A stretch of 64,000 nt of DNA from Escherichia phage dhaeg. The notes beneath the pieces are model-generated. The model did not search any database. It was not told the DNA's origin and saw only the letters and a program-made list of their open reading frames with translations. This document shows positions 18,761-26,947 of this stretch, in pieces (within the stretch, counting starts at the first letter, position 1; each line of letters opens with the position of its first letter). The position numbers and the translations under genes are program-made. The stretch lies in sequence record MN850609.1; one strand, 5' to 3'.

Positions 18761-18928
18761 ATGTCAGATAAGATTTGCGTTGTCTGTAAAACTCCAATCG
18801 ATGCTGCATTGGTTGTTGAAACAGAAAAAGGTCCGGTTCATCCGGGTCCATGTTATAATTACGTTCAAAGCATGCCTGTTACGGAAAACACTGAAGAACA
18901 GCTGAACGAAACCCAATTATTACTTTAG
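18761..18928 (+). CDS. small Cys-containing protein (55 aa), uvsY.-2-like by position
   Basis: AGGAG SD; MSDKICVVCKTPIDAALVVETEKGPVHPGPCYNY... with CxxC plus a downstream Cys. Confidence 0.4.
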   Translation: MSDKICVVCKTPIDAALVVETEKGPVHPGPCYNYVQSMPVTENTEEQLNETQLLL

Positions 18929-18958
18929 TCTAGTGTGTATAGCCATTTTATGGTTATT

Positions 18959-18993
18959 GGCCCTTCCGAAAGGTTGGGCCCTTTTTTGTTTTT
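18959..18993 (+). terminator. rho-independent terminator between convergent uvsY-side genes and uvsW.1
   Basis: ggccc...gggcc stem with inner GAAA loop, followed by cttttttgttttt. Confidence 0.6.
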
Positions 18994-19219
18994 AGAACTC
19001 TTCTTGCTCTTCGTCATCCATGGATTCTAATTCAGCCCGTTTACCTGCCAGGGCATCACGAACACTGATATCATCCGAATCTCGAAGTTCAGCTTCTTTA
19101 CTACGAGTTTTGTAATACTTCTCCAATTCCTTCAAACCGTCCATGGTTTGACAAGAACTAATTTTAGACATGAAGCTCTCGATAGAGGCTTCATAGATAA
19201 CTTCTTTAAAGGACTTCAT
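18992..19219 (-). CDS. uvsW.1: UvsW.1-like small protein
   Basis: 75 aa; ATGA-coupled to the uvsW stop; T4 UvsW.1 is about 76 aa. Confidence 0.6.
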   Translation of the reverse strand: MKSFKEVIYEASIESFMSKISSCQTMDGLKELEKYYKTRSKEAELRDSDDISVRDALAGKRAELESMDDEEQEEF

Positions 19220-20712
19220 AAATCCACCTGTTTCATTACGTAATTAAATTTCTCGTCAGCATAACGTTGAATACGTTCTAAGGCATGTTTTAATGCATAA
19301 TTCAAATGAACATATTTCTTTTTAGCATTTGCTGATTTAGGCTTAACGCCCATGTCGTCTATAATGTCCCAAACTTGTGCTGTTGATTTAGAAGCATGTT
19401 TACGGAGCACACGACCTATTGTCTGGAGTACAATGATTTTGGATTTTACCGGATGTGCAAATATTACATGGTGGAGGTTCTTAACGGAAATACCAGTAGA
19501 GAACACACCATAACTTGCCACAACAATAATACCCTTACCATTTTCCGCCATTACTTTAAGAGCATTACGAGTTTCTGTATTAACTTCACCTGATACGTAA
19601 TAAACTTCTTTATGTTGCTCTTTAACCATTTCAAAAAGAGTTTTACCGTGCTCGATGTTTTTAAACATCAGGAATACGTTCTCTTCTTTCTTAGCGAGTT
19701 TAACAGCTAAATTAGCAACCCATTTATTACGACGAGTAGCCTTAGTAATGACTTTAATTTCTGATTGGTAATCTTTACCTTTCATCTTAACAGTGAATTC
19801 ATCCGGATAACGAAGGAAAATACTGTTTATTTTTAAATCAGTTACCTGTCCTTCTTCCATTAACTGTGAAGTGGATACTGGCTTAAACACATCACCAAAC
19901 AAACCCATATATTGCATTAAATTGGCTTTACCGTCTTTTAAAGAACCGGACAAACCGAATTTAAACATACAATTGGTAAGGCCTTCGATGATGGTAGAAA
20001 TTGATTTACCTGTTGCCAAATGGCATTCGTCATTCATAAACATACCAAACTGAGCAAACCATTCTTTAGGTTGTTTAATAGCCGTTTGATAAGTTGAAAC
20101 ATAAATCATTGCATCAGAATCACGAGCAGTACCTGAACGAATACCAAGCATAGCGGCTTTAGGGAACAAACGATAATCGATGAAGTCATTAATCATCTGG
20201 TCGACAAGTGCAGTAGTAGGAACTAAGATAAGAATTTTACCTTCATAGTTCTCAACGTAATATCGACTCAGGAGCGCCTGAATCAATGATTTACCTGCGG
20301 ATGTAGGTAAATTCAGAATTGCACGACGTTTTGTCAGACCGTTGTATACGGCTTCATTCTGGTACCAATGTGGCTCAATCTTGGTAGAACCTGAATAAAT
20401 CTCTTGTGAAGCCACCCATGAGTCAAAATCTTCGCGAGAAATATCTTCCTGTTCAAGAATACGTGGGTCTATCCAAAGAGAGTATTCAAACTGGTCAGCG
20501 AATTTTTTAATTTGTGGGACTAGACCATACGGAAGTTTACGGTTATAATCTAGAAGACGAATTCTCCCGTCCCATTGCCCGTAACGGTATTTAGGGTTAA
20601 ATTTATATCCATCAGCTTCAAAGCTGAAATAGTCTCTGAGTTCGTAGAAGGTGGATTCATCACACTCAACACGAACATGACTAAAATTATCAAAATGTAC
20701 TTGAATTTGCAT
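19216..20712 (-). CDS. uvsW: UvsW RNA-DNA / DNA-DNA helicase
   Basis: 498 aa; helicase motifs LPTSAGKS (Walker A) and MNDECH (DECH box); extensive match to remembered T4 UvsW. Confidence 0.92.
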   Translation of the reverse strand: MQIQVHFDNFSHVRVECDESTFYELRDYFSFEADGYKFNPKYRYGQWDGRIRLLDYNRKLPYGLVPQIKKFADQFEYSLWIDPRILEQEDISREDFDSWVASQEIYSGSTKIEPHWYQNEAVYNGLTKRRAILNLPTSAGKSLIQALLSRYYVENYEGKILILVPTTALVDQMINDFIDYRLFPKAAMLGIRSGTARDSDAMIYVSTYQTAIKQPKEWFAQFGMFMNDECHLATGKSISTIIEGLTNCMFKFGLSGSLKDGKANLMQYMGLFGDVFKPVSTSQLMEEGQVTDLKINSIFLRYPDEFTVKMKGKDYQSEIKVITKATRRNKWVANLAVKLAKKEENVFLMFKNIEHGKTLFEMVKEQHKEVYYVSGEVNTETRNALKVMAENGKGIIVVASYGVFSTGISVKNLHHVIFAHPVKSKIIVLQTIGRVLRKHASKSTAQVWDIIDDMGVKPKSANAKKKYVHLNYALKHALERIQRYADEKFNYVMKQVDL

Positions 20713-20726
20713 GTCTAATTCTCAGT

Positions 20727-20748
20727 TATAAATATAATTATATTTATA
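20727..20748. promoter_or_regulatory. divergent late promoter pair (TATAAATA plus strand for 20768 gene; TATAAATA minus strand for uvsW)
   Basis: tataaata at about 20727-20734 and tatttata at about 20741-20748 in the 55-nt divergent intergenic region. Confidence 0.55.
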
Positions 20749-20767
20749 CACCAACAAGAGACTAATT

Positions 20768-21439
20768 ATGGATACTCAATATATTGAAGAGCTTCGTGCA
20801 CTCGAAGATAAAAAAGAAGCTAAAGCTAAGTTAATCGAATACGGCGAACAATTCGGTTTGAAACTTAAGAAAACCCGTTCGTTTGATAATTTGATTATCG
20901 ATATCTCTGAAGGCCTTAAAGCCCTGGCTGATGAACCACTTCCAGAAACCGAAGGTTTGTCTATTTCTGATTTGATTGATGCCGCCGACGAACTCACAGG
21001 CGCTAACGAATTTGTTGATGGTGCCGAACCCGCCAAAGAAGAGGCTACCCTATTATTTGATGCCCCTGAAGCGGTAGTTGAAGTTATTGAGGTAGCCGAA
21101 CTTCCTAAGGTAGAGATTATTGAAGAAGACGTCCCGTTTGTCGAAGAGAAATTCAAAGAGGCTGTGGCCGAGGTTATTGAATCTGAAAAACCTGTATTCT
21201 CTTTACCTGAAAACTTTAGCCCTAATCTTTTACTCATTGGTAAAAACCCAGGGTATTGTACTGTGCCTTGGTGGATTTATCAATGGATTACCGAAACCCC
21301 TGATTGGAAAGAACGCCCTAAAGATTTCCAACACCCATCTGCCCACCAAACACTATTCAGTCTGATTTATTACATCAATCGTAATGGTTCAGTATTAGTA
21401 CGTGAAACGCGTAATTCATCTTTCGTAACTTTAAAATAA
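20768..21439 (+). CDS. acidic protein, inh-like by position, with C-terminal WW/DW/RNG module
   Basis: 223 aa; highly acidic N-terminal two-thirds; C-terminal PWWIYQWITETPDWKERP...INRNGSVLVRE echoes the C-termini of both Hoc-like proteins; T4 inh occupies this position. Confidence 0.45.
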   Translation: MDTQYIEELRALEDKKEAKAKLIEYGEQFGLKLKKTRSFDNLIIDISEGLKALADEPLPETEGLSISDLIDAADELTGANEFVDGAEPAKEEATLLFDAPEAVVEVIEVAELPKVEIIEEDVPFVEEKFKEAVAEVIESEKPVFSLPENFSPNLLLIGKNPGYCTVPWWIYQWITETPDWKERPKDFQHPSAHQTLFSLIYYINRNGSVLVRETRNSSFVTLK

Positions 21440-21448
21440 GGGTAAAAT

Positions 21449-22861
21449 ATGGCTTTTACTGTAAGTATAGCCGGCACAGCGTCTATTAAAATAGGCGAAA
21501 GTGCTAACTACACTGCTACCGCAACAGGTGCAGCTGTAGAAGGAACCATTACATATGTATGGTCTATTGATGGTGCTTCTAATCCAGAAGCAACCAATGT
21601 TTTGAAATATACAGGTGCTGCACCTGTAGGTAAGAAAGTTTTAAAAGTAGTAGCAACTTCTACTCCGGCTGAAGGCGAACCTGAGGTAGCTGAAGATACT
21701 TTTGAAGTTACCGTAGCTAATAAGACCATGTCTATTTCTTTGGCTTTGGACCCTATTTCTGTTTCTAAAGAAGTTGGCCAATCTCAAGTTGTTACTGCTA
21801 ACGTGACGGGTGCACCTGCAGGTGCAACAATTGCTTATGTTTGGAAACGTAACACCAGCGTAATCTCTGGCCAAACTGGTAAAACTATTACTGTAACCGA
21901 AGCCGCGGAAGCAAATTACACGTTGAACTGTGAAGTTACTGTTACCGCCCCTGAATATAACCCGGGTACCGCTACTAAAGGTGCTGCGGTAACTTTTGTT
22001 AAGAAAACTATATCAGGTGTTTCTGTTACTTTAACACCGGCCTCAATTAGTACAGAGAAAGACTCATCTGCACAGTTTAAAGCGGATGTAGTCGGCGCTC
22101 CTTCCGGCGTAAATGCAACTTATTCTTGGAAGAAAAACGGTTCTATTATTCCGGGCGAAAGCAGTAATACTCTTGCTGTTGATACGTCTACAATAGGTTC
22201 TTACTCTATTGAAGTTTCGGTACTCCTAAAAGGTACGGATTATAATGATTTAACCGTTACCAAAACAGGAAGTGTAACAATTACTAAAAAGACTATGGCA
22301 GGTGTTTCTGTTAATTTAACGCCTGCTTCTATTACTGTCTCTGAAGGAATCCCGGCTTCTTTTAAAGCCACGGTAGTCGGTGCGCCTAGTGGTGCTACTT
22401 TTGCTTATTCTTGGAAGAAAGATGGTTCACCTGTTGTGGGTGCTACGGATACATTAGTAATTGACACAAGCGCTGAAGGTTCACAGGTTATTGAAGTTTC
22501 TGTTGTGGTTTCGGCTACCGACTATAATTCTGTGACCGTCACAAAATCCGGTAATGTAACAATTACGGCTAAAGTCGCTCCTGAACCAGAGGGCGAACTA
22601 CCTTACGTTCATCCGCTACCAGTTCGTAATTCAGCTTATATTTGGTGTGGTTGGTGGGTTATGGACGAAATTCAGAAAATGACCCTTGAAGGCAAAGACT
22701 GGAAAACTGACGAACCTGATAGTGAATATTATCTCCATCGTTATACCCTTCAAAAAATGGTAGCCGATTATCCTGAGGTTGATGTACAGGAATCTCGTAA
22801 TGGTAGAATTATTCACAGAACCGCTTTGGATGCTGGAATTATTTACGATTACGTTTATTAA
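21449..22861 (+). CDS. hoc: Hoc-like capsid decoration protein with four Ig-like (BIG2-type) repeats
   Basis: 470 aa; four tandem ~90-aa repeats each containing Y(S/V)WK(K/R)(N/D)(G/T)S; C-terminal YIWCGWWVMDEI...DW...YPEVDVQESRNGRII shared with the 23135 ORF. Confidence 0.75.
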   Translation: MAFTVSIAGTASIKIGESANYTATATGAAVEGTITYVWSIDGASNPEATNVLKYTGAAPVGKKVLKVVATSTPAEGEPEVAEDTFEVTVANKTMSISLALDPISVSKEVGQSQVVTANVTGAPAGATIAYVWKRNTSVISGQTGKTITVTEAAEANYTLNCEVTVTAPEYNPGTATKGAAVTFVKKTISGVSVTLTPASISTEKDSSAQFKADVVGAPSGVNATYSWKKNGSIIPGESSNTLAVDTSTIGSYSIEVSVLLKGTDYNDLTVTKTGSVTITKKTMAGVSVNLTPASITVSEGIPASFKATVVGAPSGATFAYSWKKDGSPVVGATDTLVIDTSAEGSQVIEVSVVVSATDYNSVTVTKSGNVTITAKVAPEPEGELPYVHPLPVRNSAYIWCGWWVMDEIQKMTLEGKDWKTDEPDSEYYLHRYTLQKMVADYPEVDVQESRNGRIIHRTALDAGIIYDYVY

Positions 22862-22863
22862 TA

Positions 22864-22881
22864 AAGGGCCGCAAGGCCCTT
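22864..22881 (+). terminator. hairpin aagggcc-gcaa-ggccctt after hoc
   Basis: 7-bp stem directly after the hoc stop; modest T tract. Confidence 0.5.
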
Positions 22882-22946
22882 ATTTAGTTTATGATAATGT
22901 TTCGGGAGATTAAGTTATTGACGAATAATTTTTAATAGGTGGATAT

Positions 22947-23126
22947 ATGAAATTTAACAAAGATATAGGGTTGTTGGTTTTCTTTATAGTGCTGTTTTTG
23001 TTTTCGTTAATTTCATTAACTAGTGGGTTGTTTGCTTCTATATTGGCTCTTTTCACATGCATTAGTTCCTTTTTTGGGATAATAGCTACTATAGATAAAA
23101 TTTTACATACCAAAAAGGGCCCGTAG
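22947..23126 (+). CDS. small two-helix membrane protein (59 aa), not in the ORF track
   Basis: ATG preceded by AGGTGGA; MKFNKDIGLLVFFIVLFLFSLISLTSGLFASILALFTCISSFFGIIATIDKILHTKKGP; stop lies in the downstream terminator stem. Confidence 0.45.
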   Translation: MKFNKDIGLLVFFIVLFLFSLISLTSGLFASILALFTCISSFFGIIATIDKILHTKKGP

Positions 23127-23133
23127 GCCCTTT
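23114..23133. terminator. bidirectional terminator aaagggcc-cgta-ggcccttt between the convergent hoc-type genes
   Basis: 8-bp stem flanked by A run upstream and T run downstream, so it reads as a terminator on both strands. Confidence 0.65.
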
Positions 23134-23134
23134 A

Positions 23135-24001
23135 TTATTTTTCAGGAGGGACGTAAACTAAGTCTTTCCTTTCTAAGATGTAGCCATTTCTCGACTCTTG
23201 TATCTCTACTTCAGGATACTTAGACAAAAGGTCGGCTACTTTTTGTAACTCACATTTATACTTGTATGGGCTGTTGTTTATATCCAAAGTCCAATCTTCT
23301 CCCAATCTAACGGCTTCTCTTATTTCGTCCCATACCCACCAACCTATCCACATATACGATTCATTTCTTCCACCGCCATAGGGTAAATAAGCATTAAGGT
23401 CGTTATCATATATGAAAGGGCACTGCAATACATCATCCCTAGGTTTTATTTCAACTAAAAGTTCTTCAGAAGCAGGGATATATGCTCCTTCGCAGGTCGC
23501 TATAGATTTTAATGTATAATCTCCAAATTTATCAGGGTCGTCTATTAATATATCAATATCTTCGTCTTTAGATAATTCTACTCCATCTCTATACCATCTA
23601 CAAATTCTTTCGGCATAAGTGGGTTCCACTCTACACGACGGGCGAAGTGAAACTGTTTCTCCTATATTGGCATATATTAATTCCCTAGAGTTTATATCTA
23701 GGACTATTCTTCTTGGAAGGGTACCTATTTCAAGTTCTATTTCGTTACTCTTTGTTATTTCACCACTTTTCTTATTTGTTATGGTCGCATAAAATGTTCC
23801 TGCCGCCGGGAATCCTACTTCCCATAAATTTAATTCAAAAGGGTCTTCGGTAGGAAGTTGTGGAATATGGACATCGTTTTTATACCAATTAATTTCTACG
23901 TCATCTAGAGTAGAACCGGGTGGTAATACAAACCCGGTATAAAAGGTTACTGTCCTGCCAACCAATTCATATCTAGGACCATTTATTTTAAGTACAATCA
24001 T
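23135..24001 (-). CDS. second Hoc-like decoration protein (two Ig-like domains plus shared C-terminal module)
   Basis: 288 aa; Ig-like segments with WYKND / WYRDG motifs; C-terminal YMWIGWWVWDEI...DW...YPEVEIQESRNGYIL parallels the 21449 ORF; strong AAGGAGG SD. Confidence 0.7.
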   Translation of the reverse strand: MIVLKINGPRYELVGRTVTFYTGFVLPPGSTLDDVEINWYKNDVHIPQLPTEDPFELNLWEVGFPAAGTFYATITNKKSGEITKSNEIELEIGTLPRRIVLDINSRELIYANIGETVSLRPSCRVEPTYAERICRWYRDGVELSKDEDIDILIDDPDKFGDYTLKSIATCEGAYIPASEELLVEIKPRDDVLQCPFIYDNDLNAYLPYGGGRNESYMWIGWWVWDEIREAVRLGEDWTLDINNSPYKYKCELQKVADLLSKYPEVEIQESRNGYILERKDLVYVPPEK

Positions 24002-24010
24002 TTAACCTCC

Positions 24011-25516
24011 TTAAAACGTGCTCATATTGGTATGGTCTTCGACAGAAAATAAAACTTCAACAGGGATATCTGTAGTCGTATTAAGAGGGCCGCCTACAAT
24101 AAACACAGATACAGTGTAGTATTTTCTAGTATCACGGTCAAATATTTCGTAACGGTTAAATTGTCTTGCACTAGAATAAGCCAAATCGTCGAATAATTCA
24201 GGAGATGATGACCACAACACATTACTCCAGTTGGCACATTCTATTCCGTTTTCATAGTTGGTAAATCTTTTAATATCAAGCCTATTAGTAAGACCTGCAT
24301 TAGTAGCCCTTATATGGATGCCTACAGATGAGTACATGCGAACATGAAGAACCATATTAAGGTCCCACAAACGTATTTCCTTCCACTCTGAAGTGTTCAG
24401 AGGCTTATCAAATCTTAAAGAGCCTTTCCAATATCTAGGTGGATAGAATGGGAAAAGTTTATCATATAAAGATTTTAATTGAGACTGGGTTAAAGAATCG
24501 ACATCAAATACTGCATCTTTGCCTGGCGCACCTGCAGGACCTATAGGACCTTGAATACCTTGTGGCCCGGGTTCACCCTTTTCACCTTTAGGACCTGGGT
24601 CGCCTTGCGGTCCTTGGGCACCTTGCTCTCCAGGTGCACCATCTTCTCCGGGATTTCCTGGACGCCCTTCTTTTACAAATAAATTCCAATAATCGGCCCA
24701 CAGGTCTCCACTCCCAGGATAACTATCATTATTTGCTATATTATCCTGGATACAAATCCAAGAAGACCCTTCGCACTGGACCAAATCGTTTATATAATAA
24801 GACGAACCAAGGGCCCAGTTTCCGGCCCAGATAAACCCATTACCATCTTGGCCTGGCGCGCCTTGTGGACCTTGAGGGCCGGTTGGGCCTGTTGGTCCTT
24901 GAGGACCTGGTGCACCGATATTAGCCAATAGTGCCCAAACTCCTTCGCTAGGAGGTATTGTTCCTGTATTAGAACTGATGCAAAAATAAGAAGCTCCCTG
25001 GTATCCAACTGCATCGTCTTTAGAGTATTGGGTAGATTCATCCCAGGCTCCCTTCCACACCAAACCTGCCGGGCCTATAGGACCTTGTGGTCCTTGCGGT
25101 CCTACTTCTCCTTGGGCCCCTTGTAAACCCTGAGGGCCTTCTTTTCCTGGTGAACCCGGGTCTCCTTTAGGACCTTCTGGACCTGCTGGTCCTGGTTCGC
25201 CCTTTTCTCCTTTAGGACCGGGGTTACCTTGAATACCTTGCGGCCCTGGGTCTCCTTTAGGGCCTTGTGGACCTTCAGTACCAGGTGTTAGCATCTCATT
25301 AGTTATACCTAAATGGGCCAACGCGCCTTCCCTAGAAGCTTGTTTTATAAATTCAAGTCCATAGCTTTGAGAAGAATCTAGCATAGTAGGGTCTAAGGTG
25401 CTTTCACTAGTGAGTATGTCCACAAATTCCAATGATTTGTTCTGTGGAACTTCTACTAATGATACGCCTCTAAAGTGGCCTCTACCATCATGCCCGTATA
25501 ATGGATTGTCTGACAT
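24011..25516 (-). CDS. collagen-like protein with two CBM5/12-like aromatic modules and a C-terminal globular domain
   Basis: 501 aa; three blocks of uninterrupted Gly-X-Y triplets ([13 protein letters not shown]...) separated by two ~45-aa modules fitting AW-x5-Y-x3-D-x-V-x-Y-x-G-x2-Y-x-C...W; AGGAGA SD; 10 nt upstream of the 23135 ORF. Confidence 0.8.
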   Translation of the reverse strand: MSDNPLYGHDGRGHFRGVSLVEVPQNKSLEFVDILTSESTLDPTMLDSSQSYGLEFIKQASREGALAHLGITNEMLTPGTEGPQGPKGDPGPQGIQGNPGPKGEKGEPGPAGPEGPKGDPGSPGKEGPQGLQGAQGEVGPQGPQGPIGPAGLVWKGAWDESTQYSKDDAVGYQGASYFCISSNTGTIPPSEGVWALLANIGAPGPQGPTGPTGPQGPQGAPGQDGNGFIWAGNWALGSSYYINDLVQCEGSSWICIQDNIANNDSYPGSGDLWADYWNLFVKEGRPGNPGEDGAPGEQGAQGPQGDPGPKGEKGEPGPQGIQGPIGPAGAPGKDAVFDVDSLTQSQLKSLYDKLFPFYPPRYWKGSLRFDKPLNTSEWKEIRLWDLNMVLHVRMYSSVGIHIRATNAGLTNRLDIKRFTNYENGIECANWSNVLWSSSPELFDDLAYSSARQFNRYEIFDRDTRKYYTVSVFIVGGPLNTTTDIPVEVLFSVEDHTNMSTF

Positions 25517-25526
25517 AAAATCTCCT

Positions 25527-25556
25527 GTTTACAAGTTAAAATTCTCATGTTACTAT
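25527..25556 (+). promoter_or_regulatory. candidate early promoter GTTTAC-18-TACTAT
   Basis: Same hexamer pair as other early promoters in the window; drives the small HTH ORF. Confidence 0.4.
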
Positions 25557-25585
25557 TGAATAGTTCAAATCACAAGAGAACTGTT

Positions 25586-25798
25586 ATGGATAAGATTAAA
25601 GTACATTTTTTACATGAATCGGGTATGAATTTTATTGATATTGCTAAAAAGATTGGCGGAACTGCCAGAGATATGGCTAAAGCCTGGGCCGAAGTTGAGA
25701 ATGCTAAGGCCAAGTTTAAAGCAAAAGAGAAAGTTGTGTATCGTAAAAGATTAAACAACAAAAAGGTCAGCGCAAAGCGCGTTTTTGGTCTAAAGTAA
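25586..25798 (+). CDS. small putative HTH DNA-binding protein (70 aa)
   Basis: Internal ATG (MDKIKVHFL...); helix-turn-helix-like MNFIDIAKKIGGTARDMAKAW followed by a Lys/Arg-rich tail. Confidence 0.45.
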   Translation: MDKIKVHFLHESGMNFIDIAKKIGGTARDMAKAWAEVENAKAKFKAKEKVVYRKRLNNKKVSAKRVFGLK

Positions 25799-25826
25799 TA
25801 TGCTTTAAATTTAGGTGTGTTATAAT
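25799..25826 (+). promoter_or_regulatory. MotA-box middle promoter with extended -10 (TGCTTTA, 13-nt spacer, TGtTATAAT) upstream of rnlB
   Basis: taTGCTTTAaat then tgttataat; matches the T4 middle promoter architecture. Confidence 0.5.
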
Positions 25827-25912
25827 GGGTCTAGGTCCTTCCGTTAAACCATTTGGCTTGGTGACAGAAGATTACTAGCTCTTCTATTTAATTATATTTA
25901 TTATGGTGATTT

Positions 25913-26920
25913 ATGTTCAAGAAATATAGCAGTCTGGAAAACCACTACAACAGTAAGTTTATCGAAAAACTCCGTACCAATGGTTTGACTGGTGGTGAAT
26001 GGGTAGCACGTGAGAAGATTCATGGAACCAACTTTAGTTTAATCATAGAACGTGACGCAGTCACATGCGCCAAGCGCACTGGCCCAATTCTCCCTGCTGA
26101 AGATTTCTATGGTTATGAAATTGTACTTAAGAACTACGCTGATTCTATTAAATCTATACAAGATATTATGGAAACTTCAGCAGCCGTATCTTATCAAGTT
26201 TTCGGTGAATTCGCTGGAACAGGCATTCAGAAGAACGTTGATTACGGTGATAAAGATTTTTATGTATTTGACATTATTGTTACCACCGAAAGCGGCGATG
26301 TGACTTATGTCGACGATTATATGATGGAATCATTTTGTAAGACGTTCAAATTTAAAATGGCACCACTTTTAGGTCGTGGTAAATTTGAAGACCTTATTAA
26401 ATTGCCAAATGATTTAGATTCCGTCCTTCCTGATTATAATTTTACAGTAGATAATGTCGGGCTAGCCGAAGCTAATGCTCATGTGTGGAATGCCGAAGCA
26501 AAAGGCGAAGTATTTACCGCTGAAGGGTACGTATTAAAACCTTGTTATCCGCTTTGGCTGCCTAATGGAAATCGTGTAGCAATTAAATGCAAGAACTCTA
26601 AATTCAGCGAGAAGAAAAAAACTGATAAGCCTATTAAAGTTGCAGTAGTATTATCCCAAGACGATTTAGATTTATTACAACAATTCACAGATTATGTGAC
26701 TGTTAACCGTATTAACAACGTTATCAGTAAGATTGGTGAAGTATCACCTAAAGATTTTGGAAAGGTAATGGGACTGACGGTCCAAGATATTTTGGAAGAG
26801 GCAGCCCGCGAAGAATTAGAATTAACCGATGCAGAAAACCCTGTTGAAGTTAAAAAGCAGCTTATTGAGTGCGTTAAAGATACGCTACGAGCTGTATGGA
26901 TTGAATTAGTATCCAAATAA
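25913..26920 (+). CDS. rnlB: RNA ligase 2 (Rnl2)
   Basis: 335 aa; nucleotidyltransferase motif [10 protein letters not shown] (KxHGxN); long colinear match to remembered T4 Rnl2. Confidence 0.92.
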   Translation: MFKKYSSLENHYNSKFIEKLRTNGLTGGEWVAREKIHGTNFSLIIERDAVTCAKRTGPILPAEDFYGYEIVLKNYADSIKSIQDIMETSAAVSYQVFGEFAGTGIQKNVDYGDKDFYVFDIIVTTESGDVTYVDDYMMESFCKTFKFKMAPLLGRGKFEDLIKLPNDLDSVLPDYNFTVDNVGLAEANAHVWNAEAKGEVFTAEGYVLKPCYPLWLPNGNRVAIKCKNSKFSEKKKTDKPIKVAVVLSQDDLDLLQQFTDYVTVNRINNVISKIGEVSPKDFGKVMGLTVQDILEEAAREELELTDAENPVEVKKQLIECVKDTLRAVWIELVSK

Positions 26921-26925
26921 ACAAT

Positions 26926-26947
26926 AAAGGGACCTTACGGTCCCTTT
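26926..26947. terminator. bidirectional terminator aaagggacc-ttac-ggtcccttt between rnlB and the gene 24 paralogue
   Basis: 9-bp stem; T tract downstream on the plus strand and on the minus strand; overlaps the gene 24 paralogue stop codon. Confidence 0.7.

Noticed and set aside
20776-21237. 153-aa Ser-rich minus-strand ORF inside the acidic-protein gene
   Set aside because: Low-complexity antisense frame of an acidic coding region; no start signals.
22910-23113. Listed minus-strand 67-aa ORF between the Hoc-like genes
   Set aside because: No good RBS; the plus-strand overlapping frame has an AGGTGGA SD and a cleaner hydrophobic two-helix product, so the minus frame is more likely a shadow ORF.
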